In this document: positions 1 to 7,474 of the stretch, in pieces
Layout of the letters: each line of letters starts with the position of its first letter
Position numbering within the stretch: position 1 is the first letter of the stretch
IMG/VR virus record: IMGVR_UViG_3300032277_000058
Location: 1-28,924 of that record
Reading direction: 5' to 3' (one strand)
From: a virus
Lineage: Duplodnaviria; Caudoviricetes
DNA: 28,924 bases
The notes under the pieces: model-generated
Told to the model about the DNA's origin: nothing
Seen by the model: the letters and a program-made list of their open reading frames with translations, nothing else
Databases searched by the model: none
Made by a program: the position numbers and the translations under genes

Positions 1-73
1 ATGTGGCGCGTGGGTTTACAGTCCACTCACCCTGCGTTGCAGCTTCGGACAGTTGTTTCAGGTGGTTGGCCAT
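1..73 (-). CDS. Partial CDS (5' end), Ead/Ea22-like phage early protein
   Basis: ATG at 73-71 overlaps the upstream stop (ATGA). It reads MANHLKQLSEAATQGEWTVNPRAT and runs off the window. The 'L-x-EAAT-x-G-x-W' motif is typical of Ead/Ea22-like proteins. Confidence 0.55.
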   Translation of the reverse strand, partial: MANHLKQLSEAATQGEWTVNPRAT

Positions 74-1254
74 CAGGAAAACTCCACTTTCACATGTGGG
101 ATCTTCCCGTCCAGGATAGCTTGCGGGATGTCGTCGCGCTGGAATTGGCGAACAGCATCAGAGATTTCTTTGAGGATGCGGTTGCGGCGGCGGGTGTTGC
201 TGGCTTTACGCTCATCTTCTGCGGCCTTCTCGCGGGCCTGCTCTTCGAGTCTCAGCCGCTCTTGGGTCGCGGCTTCGTCGGCCCGCTTAGACTCACGCTC
301 TTCGCGCTCCGCCTCTGCCTTGGCGTCTTCTGCGGCCTTGATGTCGATCAGGGCGCCCTTTGCATCAGCAATGGCGTTGAGGACGATAGGCCAATGGCGG
401 CCGGTTTCCGCCTTCATCTCTGGGATTGTCTCGGTCAGTTCGAAATGCAGGATGGCATAGGGTTGAGGTTTTCCACCGATCACGCCTTGCCCTACGCCGA
501 TAGCCCGCCCGGCAAGACTTTGCGCAATATCCTCGGCCTGCCGATCAAGTTCCGCCTCGCGCTCTTCGGCTTCCTTCGCCGCCTTCTCTTCGGCTTCCTT
601 GGCGGCTTGGATCTGGGCGGCTTTCAGCGCCTCTTCGGCTTGCTTTTCCTGAGCGGCTTTCAGCTCGGCAATCTGCTTTTCCTGAGCCTCGCGCACCTGA
701 GCGGACTCAAGGTCCGATTTGATCTTGGCGATAGCGGCTTCTTTCGCCTCGGCGGCCGGATCTTCGTACTCTTCCCAGTCGGAATTGATCTTGATCGCCT
801 CCACCTCTGCCATGATCGCGGCAATATCAGCGGCAGGCATCGCGTGGCTGGTCGCTTTCAGGTCAAAGGCTTTCATTCCGGCCTCATGCTTTGCCTTGCG
901 GGCGTCTTCGGCCTCCTGCCACTCGACAAGCGGCTGGCGCACGGTCTCGGCCAGAGCATCCAGTTCCTCTTTCACCTTGCGGCGCTGTGCATTCACGGCC
1001 TCGACAGTCTTGCGGGCCTCTTCTGTGAGGTCTTTGCCTGCGGCATCGAGCAGCGTTTTGGAACGGACCACCTTATAGGCCAGAGATTTGACCTCTTGCC
1101 GCCCCTTGGCCGTTGTCAGGTCCGAAGTATATTTCGCCACCTCATCCTTGATCTGTGTCAAAATGGGGCTCAGGTCATTCGCCTGATAGGCCGCGATGAT
1201 GGCGCTTGGCTCGATTGCAACCAGATCGTTTGAGGTTTGGGATTCGTCTTTCAT
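73..1254 (-). CDS. Conserved phage coiled-coil early protein (often mis-annotated as TolA-like)
   Basis: Start revised to MKDESQ at 1254 (GAGAGAG upstream). Has the motif DLTTAKGRQEVKSLAYKVVRSKT, an A/E/K-rich helical body and the C-terminus ILDGKIPHVKVEF. Confidence 0.8.
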   Translation of the reverse strand: MKDESQTSNDLVAIEPSAIIAAYQANDLSPILTQIKDEVAKYTSDLTTAKGRQEVKSLAYKVVRSKTLLDAAGKDLTEEARKTVEAVNAQRRKVKEELDALAETVRQPLVEWQEAEDARKAKHEAGMKAFDLKATSHAMPAADIAAIMAEVEAIKINSDWEEYEDPAAEAKEAAIAKIKSDLESAQVREAQEKQIAELKAAQEKQAEEALKAAQIQAAKEAEEKAAKEAEEREAELDRQAEDIAQSLAGRAIGVGQGVIGGKPQPYAILHFELTETIPEMKAETGRHWPIVLNAIADAKGALIDIKAAEDAKAEAEREERESKRADEAATQERLRLEEQAREKAAEDERKASNTRRRNRILKEISDAVRQFQRDDIPQAILDGKIPHVKVEFS

Positions 1255-1267
1255 GGGTCTCTCTCTT

Positions 1268-1504
1268 TCAGAATGGAATTTTGTTCTGGTTGTCGGGGTG
1301 GTCAGGGTTTGGAACGGCGCGAAGCAGTGAACCCGTGCGCACCGCTCTAAGGCAGTCTCGAAATTGCCAGCTTGCCGCCCAGCCGGGGTGAACGCGCTGT
1401 TTCGTCCACAGCTGGATGAAGTACCCGCCAGCCTCGATGTGCTGCGCAAACTCTTCCATCGACCGGATGGGCGGGCCTTCGATATATTTCAGCGGACGGG
1501 GCAT
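1268..1504 (-). CDS. Hypothetical protein, 78 aa
   Basis: Start overlaps the upstream stop (TGATG) and the ORF fills the gap in the operon. Confidence 0.7.
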   Translation of the reverse strand: MPRPLKYIEGPPIRSMEEFAQHIEAGGYFIQLWTKQRVHPGWAASWQFRDCLRAVRTGSLLRAVPNPDHPDNQNKIPF

Positions 1505-1908
1505 CAGATAATCACGCTGCCCTTGACGGAAATAATCCCGTCATCGAACAGCATTGCTTGTGTTTCGTGGAGCCCCGCCAGAACGCGGATAATCATCTCC
1601 ACCTTGAGCACCGGATCATCGTTGAGATTTATCCATCCCGTCAGCACCCGGTCATAAAGCCCGTGGCAAACCATGCAGGCGCCGGCCACGGACAGATCCG
1701 ATACCTTGGTGGACTGGCCTTTACCAAGATTGCCAGTGTGAGCGCCGACCACGGTATCCCGATCTGCGCACCGCTGACCGACAAGGCCGGCGATCCGCAG
1801 GGTACAGGGGTAGCACTCGCGGCTCTTCACTCCGCCGAACTTGCCGCCGATGGCGTCCATAAGCGGCTCAGATCGAACCTTTGGGAGAAGGTGGGGGCGG
1901 TAACTCAT
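1504..1908 (-). CDS. DUF1364/YbcO-like Zn-binding HNH-type nuclease-domain protein
   Basis: Start revised to MSYRPH at 1908 (ATGA overlap). Shows the pattern CTLRI..C..TVVGAH..GKGQSTK.SD...A.AC..CH...D. Confidence 0.75.
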   Translation of the reverse strand: MSYRPHLLPKVRSEPLMDAIGGKFGGVKSRECYPCTLRIAGLVGQRCADRDTVVGAHTGNLGKGQSTKVSDLSVAGACMVCHGLYDRVLTGWINLNDDPVLKVEMIIRVLAGLHETQAMLFDDGIISVKGSVII

Positions 1909-2213
1909 GCGCTCAGAACCTCGCGCACAACTGCCACAAATGCGTCTGGCGGGAAGTCTCCGGCATCCAGACACTCCAACGCTTCCTTGATGTCAGAGAC
2001 CTTGTTGTCCGAGGGCGTCAGCAGGCGGATCGAGCGGCGGCGGCTTGGCGTGTAATCAATCTTTCCCGCCGCTTTCAGATCCTTGAGAACTTTGGCAATG
2101 GAGTTCATCCAAACCCCAGTGCCCTCCATGATTTCACGGTAAGTCGGGCCGTGTCCGTTCCGCTCGATGTAGTCTTCAAGGAACGTCAGCATCTTTACCT
2201 GGACCGGGTTCAT
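1905..2213 (-). CDS. LexA-type winged-helix DNA-binding protein without peptidase domain
   Basis: Q..ML.FLEDYIERNGHGPTYREI...G......L..L...G.I..TPSRRRSIRL matches the LexA N-terminal domain. Only 102 aa. Confidence 0.8.
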   Translation of the reverse strand: MNPVQVKMLTFLEDYIERNGHGPTYREIMEGTGVWMNSIAKVLKDLKAAGKIDYTPSRRRSIRLLTPSDNKVSDIKEALECLDAGDFPPDAFVAVVREVLSA

Positions 2214-3070
2214 GCCTCATCCTCCCCTTCGTCTTCGGGGTAGGAGATGGCATCAAAGCCAGCAAACCACTGGAGCGCCTGTTCCCCATCTTCGGTGTAG
2301 GGGTTGTCAGAGCGATCAAGGCCGCCCTCTGCCGCCTGTGCGCCGTTCTGGTATGCGGCGCTATCAGGATCAGCAGAGGGCTCCTGCTCAGGCTCTTCTG
2401 CCTGCGGTTCATCATCGGAGTCGCCAGTGGTCTCCGCTTGCGCCTTGGCGCGGGCGTCCTCGATCATCTTGGAGAATGCGCCGCCGCTATTTCGGGGCGT
2501 GACATCCTTCATCTCGTAATCTTCAACCTCTTCGCGGACCTGCAAGCCCATCAGGGCATCAGCCGCGCCATCTCGGATAGCCCAAGAGCGGGCCCGGTGT
2601 GACAGCATCCGTTTTGGATATTGCTGCCATGGACCTTTCTTGCCAGCCAGTCCGGCTTTCTTGGCGTCTTGCATCGAAAAGGTACGCACGACTTCAAGCC
2701 CGGTATCGCCACGGGTCAAGGTTGCCGTTGCCACAGCATCATCGCCCTCGCCCTCGATCTTCACATCAATATGATGCCCGTGACGCTGGACAATCGCAGG
2801 GATAGCATCACCCCAGAGGCTTGCGCGTCCGTTGATAACGGCGATGTTCGAGAGGGCTTGCATAGGGGCCAAACCCAACTCCATGCCCCGCACAATTGCA
2901 GCCATAGTCGCCTCTGGTCGCCCTTGGAAATGCTGCGGCACCATATCACCGGCCATGGATAGCGCCTGCGCAAGCCGAAAGGTTTCATCAAGGTTCTGCG
3001 GCACAATCGCGCTCAGGCTTCCGCCCTTGCCGATCTGCGGTTTTGGTTTGGCTTCTGCTACTTCTGTCAT
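2210..3070 (-). CDS. RecT-like single-strand annealing protein with a C-terminal Rmf-like motif
   Basis: Motifs GMELGLAPMQALSNIAVINGR and GPWQQYPKRML..RAR.WA.RD...D.L.G. Lies directly downstream of the exonuclease. Confidence 0.8.
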   Translation of the reverse strand: MTEVAEAKPKPQIGKGGSLSAIVPQNLDETFRLAQALSMAGDMVPQHFQGRPEATMAAIVRGMELGLAPMQALSNIAVINGRASLWGDAIPAIVQRHGHHIDVKIEGEGDDAVATATLTRGDTGLEVVRTFSMQDAKKAGLAGKKGPWQQYPKRMLSHRARSWAIRDGAADALMGLQVREEVEDYEMKDVTPRNSGGAFSKMIEDARAKAQAETTGDSDDEPQAEEPEQEPSADPDSAAYQNGAQAAEGGLDRSDNPYTEDGEQALQWFAGFDAISYPEDEGEDEA

Positions 3071-3092
3071 TCTGGTTTCCTCTGAATTTACT

Positions 3093-3134
3093 GCCGGTGG
3101 GGGATGCCAAGGGATCAGACATCCCCCGACCGGC
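3093..3134. other. Strong intergenic stem-loop between exonuclease and annealase genes
   Basis: gccggt-gggggatg (3093-3106) pairs with catccccc-g-accggc (3120-3134). No clear U-tract follows. Confidence 0.55.
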
Positions 3135-3163
3135 GTTCCGCACGGTTTGATGACGGGGCGGAA

Positions 3164-4210
3164 TTACGGTGCAACACCTGCGGTTTGCATTTGCTCAAGC
3201 AGCATGTCGCGCTGCCAATCTGGGCGGCGATAAGCGCCGACATGTTCGCCGGGGCCAGGCCAGTGCCCGCTGTCCATTGCTTCGCGGATCTGGCGCAGGG
3301 CGTTGTAATTGCGAAACTCCGCCATCTTCAAATCTTCCTCGCAGACTTCGCGCAGGATCACATGATGCGGGGCGGTGTCTTGCTGAAAGATGAGGCCGAC
3401 CTGATCCGGCCAGTTGCCGGTCAGTTGTTCAAAGCCCATAGCGGCAAAGGACATCTGCATGTCATAGCCATAGCGGGTGATTCGAGCATCACAGATGTGC
3501 GCATTGAACGGCGCACCCTGAGTGGACAGTTTCTTGTAGTCAGACAGCATCCCCGAAAACGATACTTGGTCAGGGCGGGCAAGGCACCAAATTCCGGTGC
3601 GCTCATCTTGCCAAGCCATTGTGATTTCAGGCTCACCGCCAAGGGCAGCGCGGGCGGCAGGATCAGAGGCAAGCACCTTGCCCATGGAGCAGATCATGTC
3701 CCACTCTTTTTCGTTGACCTTCTCACGCGGGTCTTCGTCAATTTCCTGCCAATATTCCACCGCCCTGACTGCGGCAGGCGTGGCCTTGCCGTGGTGGTAC
3801 TTATAAACCTGATCGAAAGAGGGCCGGTTTGGAATGGATGCAGGAGGCTCTGCGCCAGCTGCAATATCGGCCAGCATTTCTGGCACTGATTTTGATGGCG
3901 GCTTGGAGGGCAAAACGCGCACATAGTCTTCGACGCCTTCGGGCCCAAGCTCAATGAACGCCGCCATGACGCGGCCAAGGCGCAGCGCAGCAGTGTCTTC
4001 CACCGCCTTCCGATCTGGATTGTCTGGGTGGTTGAGCCACACATCTGACAGCGACCCCAGCTCAGCCTTGCGCAAAACTCCGCTGGTAACGGAATACCCG
4101 TCACAAGGCTGATTGTGGTGGCGATCAAGGCTGATCCGGTAGAAGCCCGGCTCAGTGATCAACTCTTCTGGGCCTAGATCTCTGATACCCAATTCGATGG
4201 TGTCGCGCAT
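3164..4210 (-). CDS. RecE/ExoVIII-like PD-(D/E)xK exonuclease (DUF3799-like)
   Basis: Motifs GEPEITMAWQD..TG.WCLARPD, DYKK and YGYDMQMSF. Paired with the RecT-like gene. Confidence 0.85.
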   Translation of the reverse strand: MRDTIELGIRDLGPEELITEPGFYRISLDRHHNQPCDGYSVTSGVLRKAELGSLSDVWLNHPDNPDRKAVEDTAALRLGRVMAAFIELGPEGVEDYVRVLPSKPPSKSVPEMLADIAAGAEPPASIPNRPSFDQVYKYHHGKATPAAVRAVEYWQEIDEDPREKVNEKEWDMICSMGKVLASDPAARAALGGEPEITMAWQDERTGIWCLARPDQVSFSGMLSDYKKLSTQGAPFNAHICDARITRYGYDMQMSFAAMGFEQLTGNWPDQVGLIFQQDTAPHHVILREVCEEDLKMAEFRNYNALRQIREAMDSGHWPGPGEHVGAYRRPDWQRDMLLEQMQTAGVAP

Positions 4211-4239
4211 GTTGACATCCCCTGTTTGTTGCAGGGATG

Positions 4240-4290
4240 TTTATATCGCATATCGAAACTTAATCAATAGAAAATATCGCAAACCAATAC
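4240..4290 (-). promoter_or_regulatory. Leftward early promoter PL1 with 17-bp operators
   Basis: On the minus strand TTGATT (4267-4262)-N16-TATAAA (4245-4240). Operators are atatcg-catat-cgaaac (4243-4259) and the degenerate atatcg-caaac-caatac (4274-4290). Confidence 0.7.
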
Positions 4291-4339
4291 ATTTTGTTTC
4301 GATACTCAGTCACCGTACTGAGAATCAAAGAATTTGATT

Positions 4340-4466
4340 TCAGACCTTGCGCCCGTACCAGAGAAACTTGAGTGGCTGTTATGTCGAGGGCGCGGGCCAG
4401 CTCTGCTTGCTCACCACGCTTGCCCGAGATCCGAGCCTTGATCCACTTACCATCTATCATATCCAT
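4340..4466 (-). pseudogene. cI: Internally deleted CI-type repressor (partial HTH joined out of frame to the last codons of the S24 peptidase domain)
   Basis: Divergent from cro. N-terminus is MDMIDGKWIKARISGKRGEQAELARALDITATQVS. Immediately after, a shifted frame reads LWYGRKV-stop (4363-4340), a typical CI/S24 C-terminus. Confidence 0.75.
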
Positions 4467-4487
4467 TGCAGGGTCATGCCACCGGCA

Positions 4488-4551
4488 GTTTCGTAAAAAA
4501 ATATCGAAAACCGCATCAAAGTCTTGACTAAGTTTCGATTAACGATACTTT
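4488..4551 (+). promoter_or_regulatory. Rightward early promoter PR with operators
   Basis: TTGACT (4524-4529)-N16-TACTTT (4546-4551). Operator gtttcg-attaa-cgatac (4532-4548), with degenerate sites at 4501-4517 and 4488-4504. Confidence 0.7.
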
Positions 4552-4559
4552 GCTGACCC

Positions 4560-4796
4560 ATGGAACCAGCATCAAAAATCATCAAAGCATTCGGCGGCGT
4601 GAAAGCGGTCTGTGAAATCACGGGCATCTCCTATCCGCAGGTTTGTAAGTGGCGTTTGCCGCGTGAGCGCGGCGGGACCAATGGGACGATCCCTTGGGAC
4701 AGCGCGAAAAAGCTCATGAACCACGCCAAGGAATATGGCGTCGAAGTTACCCACGAGGACTTCTTCCCTAAAGAAGAGCAGGCGGCGGCCGAATGA
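4560..4796 (+). CDS. Cro-like HTH regulator
   Basis: IIKAFGGVKAVCEITGISYPQVCKW....GGT.G.IP, 78 aa, divergent from the cI remnant. Confidence 0.85.
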   Translation: MEPASKIIKAFGGVKAVCEITGISYPQVCKWRLPRERGGTNGTIPWDSAKKLMNHAKEYGVEVTHEDFFPKEEQAAAE

Positions 4797-5062
4797 CCGT
4801 CGCCTGCATCAAATTCCAGAACCCTGTTCATGTTTCTGCATCGTACCGGAAACATAGGGGTGATTCATTGGAAAGGCCTTTCAGAAAATCCAGCGGTGCG
4901 GTTGCGCCAGAAGACGCTGAACGGGAATGGTTTGCCAGCCTGATCTGGCGCATCCTGCAACGGTATTACGAGGTCCGCGCAAAGCGGGCCTCAAGGGCTG
5001 CGGTTGATTTCAAATCCCGCGCCGAAAAGTTTTTCAACAAGATCAACGGGGCGTCGAAATAG
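4793..5062 (+). CDS. Hypothetical protein at the cII position, possibly a deletion fusion
   Basis: ATGA overlap with the cro stop. 89 aa, basic. Confidence 0.55.
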   Translation: MTVACIKFQNPVHVSASYRKHRGDSLERPFRKSSGAVAPEDAEREWFASLIWRILQRYYEVRAKRASRAAVDFKSRAEKFFNKINGASK

Positions 5063-5107
5063 CCCCTCCCACCGTGCCTTTTTGGCGCAAACCAATAGGA
5101 GCAGCAG

Positions 5108-5434
5108 ATGCCCAACGACGAAAATCACATCAGCAACAGTCAAGTGGACGTGGACTGGAATGATCTTGAGACATTCCTTTCCGAAATGGCCGACAAGCAG
5201 CGGACGGTTTCCGAGGCGACAGGTTCTCTCCGGTCCCACTTGAAAACCGTTCTGAATGACACCGGCTGGCACAAGAAGGCCGCCGCCATGATCCGCACCA
5301 TCGACGCCATGAGCGAAGAGGCCCGCGCCGATTTCCTTGCGTCCTTTGAGCCCATGTTTGACGTGATGCTTTCAAAGAAATGGCGGGATGAATCCATGGA
5401 CTTCTTCAAAGATCCGACTGAGCGGGAGGACTGA
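5108..5434 (+). CDS. GapR/DUF2312-like nucleoid-associated protein (divergent)
   Basis: RBS AGGAG. Helical pattern LETFLSEM...LRSHLKTVLNDTGWHKKAAAMIRTIDAMSEEARADF parallels the GapR 'K..G.D.K.lr....lrk.d..er.e' pattern. Confidence 0.55.
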   Translation: MPNDENHISNSQVDVDWNDLETFLSEMADKQRTVSEATGSLRSHLKTVLNDTGWHKKAAAMIRTIDAMSEEARADFLASFEPMFDVMLSKKWRDESMDFFKDPTERED

Positions 5435-5437
5435 CAG

Positions 5438-5518
5438 ATGGAATGGTTGGCCGTACTCATCGGGGTTTTTATCGGCACCATCGTCTTCGAGATTATCAAG
5501 AGGACGATGCGGAAATGA
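5438..5518 (+). CDS. 26-aa single-pass membrane microprotein (not in the ORF track)
   Basis: RBS GGAGGA (5425-5430). Reads MEWLAVLIGVFIGTIVFEIIKRTMRK, and the stop overlaps the next ATG (ATGA). Confidence 0.7.
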   Translation: MEWLAVLIGVFIGTIVFEIIKRTMRK

Positions 5519-6030
5519 TCATCCTGGCCTTTGATCTGGGACGGGAAACGGGCGTTGCTTATGGCAACGTCCGTGACATCCCCAAATTCCAAACAGAGTT
5601 CCTTGGCAAAGCTGGCAGCACACAGGCCGCCCGTTTTTCCCAGACACTCCGCATGTGCAACCGGTTGATTGAGCAAATCAAGCCGGATGCAATCGTGATC
5701 GAGAAACCTATCGCTGCGGGTGTTGTTGGTAAAGAGGCCCGCGTTCAGCAGGCTTTTGGATACCGTGGCTGTGTCTTCGCTATGGCTCAGATGAAGGGCA
5801 TCAAACCCTACGAGTACAGCGTTCAAGACATTCGCGGACACATGCTTGGTGAACGCAATCTTAAATCAGAAGTCGCCAAGCCGCGGGCATTTGAGGCGTG
5901 TAAGCGCCTTGGATGGAACCCCGCCACCTATGACGAAAGCGATGCCGGCGCAGTCTGGCACTTCGCAAGAATGAAGATAGGCGGAGTCACAACTCTGCCC
6001 GGTCTATTTGGGGATCAATTGCATGGCTGA
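5515..6030 (+). CDS. RuvC-like Holliday junction resolvase
   Basis: Start revised to MIILAFDLGRETGVA. Has the PDAIVIEKP and DESDA catalytic motifs. Confidence 0.85.
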   Translation: MIILAFDLGRETGVAYGNVRDIPKFQTEFLGKAGSTQAARFSQTLRMCNRLIEQIKPDAIVIEKPIAAGVVGKEARVQQAFGYRGCVFAMAQMKGIKPYEYSVQDIRGHMLGERNLKSEVAKPRAFEACKRLGWNPATYDESDAGAVWHFARMKIGGVTTLPGLFGDQLHG

Positions 6031-7474
6031 AATAAGCAGCTTCAACGGGGGTGGCGCTCAAGAGGCGTCATCATCTCACAGTGTCGAGACAGAGCAGGTT
6101 GTCATTGGCGCCTTACTTCTCAACAATGAACTTTATCACAAGATTTCATCCCGCCTTGAGGCCGATGACTTCTTTGATCCGGTTCACCAACGTATCTGGG
6201 ATTGCATATCTTCACGGGTAGACGCTGGATCAATTGCCAGCCCCGTGACGCTCAAGTCTGACCTGGCAAATGACGATGGGTTGAAAGAATTGGGCGGCGC
6301 TGGCTATCTGGCCCGCATGGCCGGATCGAGCCGGACAACGGGGTTTGAGGAATATGTTTCTCACCTGATCGAGTTGAAGGCCAAGCGCGACATTCTCTCT
6401 ATTGCCAAAGATGCGACCGAGACAGTTGAACACGGGACCGGCCCAGCCCATGAGGTCGCGTCAAAGATGGAGCAACAGGCAGGTAGCCTTATCGCCCGCA
6501 CCACGTCCAAGCCGATCCTTTCCAGTCACCTAAAGGGCGTCACGGACGCGGTGACGAACATTAATGACATGCGGATGGGAGACAGGCCGCCAGGCATTCC
6601 CTCTGGTATCCGCCAGCTTGATGATCTGATGGGGGGGTTCATGCCGGGCCGTTTCTATGTTGTCGCGGGCAGGCCATCTATGGGTAAGACAACAGCGGTT
6701 CACAACTTCGCATGGGCGGCGCAGAAGGCCGGACACGGCGTCTTCTTTGCATCCTTGGAGATGCCCGGTGATGAGATGGCAACGCGCCTTCTGTCCCGTG
6801 GTTTGATCGGGAAAGGCCACCGCGTCCCTTACTCACGCATGTTGCGCGGTAAGGTGACAGATGAAGAGATGCGGCTGATTGTTGATGAGGCCAAGGCTCA
6901 AGAGGCAACCCCGATTTACTATGGTGAACGCCATGTGCGCAGTATCACCCGGCTCAGGGCGGCAGCCAAGCGGGCCCACCAGCAGCTTGCCGACACTGGA
7001 ACACCTCTGGGCATGATTGTGATCGACTACATCCAGTTGATTTCGGACCCGACAGCCAAAGACCCGCGCATCAGCGTTTCCCGCGCCACTTCACTTTGTA
7101 AGGATCTGGCGATCGAGCTGAGCATTCCGGTCATTGCCTGCGCTCAGTTGAACCGATCAGTTGAACAGCGCGACCCGCCAGTCCCGGTGCTTTCTGATTT
7201 GAAGGAGTCCGGTTCCCTTGAGGAAGACGCCGATGCGGTGATCTTCTGCTACAGGAACGAATACTACCTACAGCGCAAACTGGATGCCGGGCAGAACGGC
7301 GGAATTGACGCTCAGGCCGATCTTGAGGCCCAACTGGCGCAGGTTCGCAACGAGATTGACTATATCGTCGCCAAGCACCGTGGCGGGCCTGTGGGGCAGC
7401 GTTCAAGCTATGTGGACCTCGCGCACAATCTGATTGCCTCTGATTATGATCGGAACAGGGGGCATTTACTGTGA
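6023..7474 (+). CDS. dnaB: Replicative DnaB-like helicase
   Basis: Motifs HSVETEQVVIGALL, AGRPSMGKT (Walker A), SLEM, IVIDYIQL, AQLNR, LSDLKESGSLEEDAD and AKHRGGP. Confidence 0.95.
   Translation: MAEISSFNGGGAQEASSSHSVETEQVVIGALLLNNELYHKISSRLEADDFFDPVHQRIWDCISSRVDAGSIASPVTLKSDLANDDGLKELGGAGYLARMAGSSRTTGFEEYVSHLIELKAKRDILSIAKDATETVEHGTGPAHEVASKMEQQAGSLIARTTSKPILSSHLKGVTDAVTNINDMRMGDRPPGIPSGIRQLDDLMGGFMPGRFYVVAGRPSMGKTTAVHNFAWAAQKAGHGVFFASLEMPGDEMATRLLSRGLIGKGHRVPYSRMLRGKVTDEEMRLIVDEAKAQEATPIYYGERHVRSITRLRAAAKRAHQQLADTGTPLGMIVIDYIQLISDPTAKDPRISVSRATSLCKDLAIELSIPVIACAQLNRSVEQRDPPVPVLSDLKESGSLEEDADAVIFCYRNEYYLQRKLDAGQNGGIDAQADLEAQLAQVRNEIDYIVAKHRGGPVGQRSSYVDLAHNLIASDYDRNRGHLL

Noticed and set aside
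1-1233. 410-aa plus-strand ORF
   Set aside because: Antisense shadow of the A/E/K-rich minus-strand gene. Its L/F/G-rich composition is the expected mirror, and it sits against the operon direction.
1268-1290. C-terminal IPF resembling the SSB tail
   Set aside because: It lacks the acidic DDD residues (NQNKIPF), so the match is too weak.
4260-4466. 68-aa ORF taken as an intact small repressor
   Set aside because: The second half runs through AT-rich promoter/operator DNA. It is better explained as a frameshifted deletion product.
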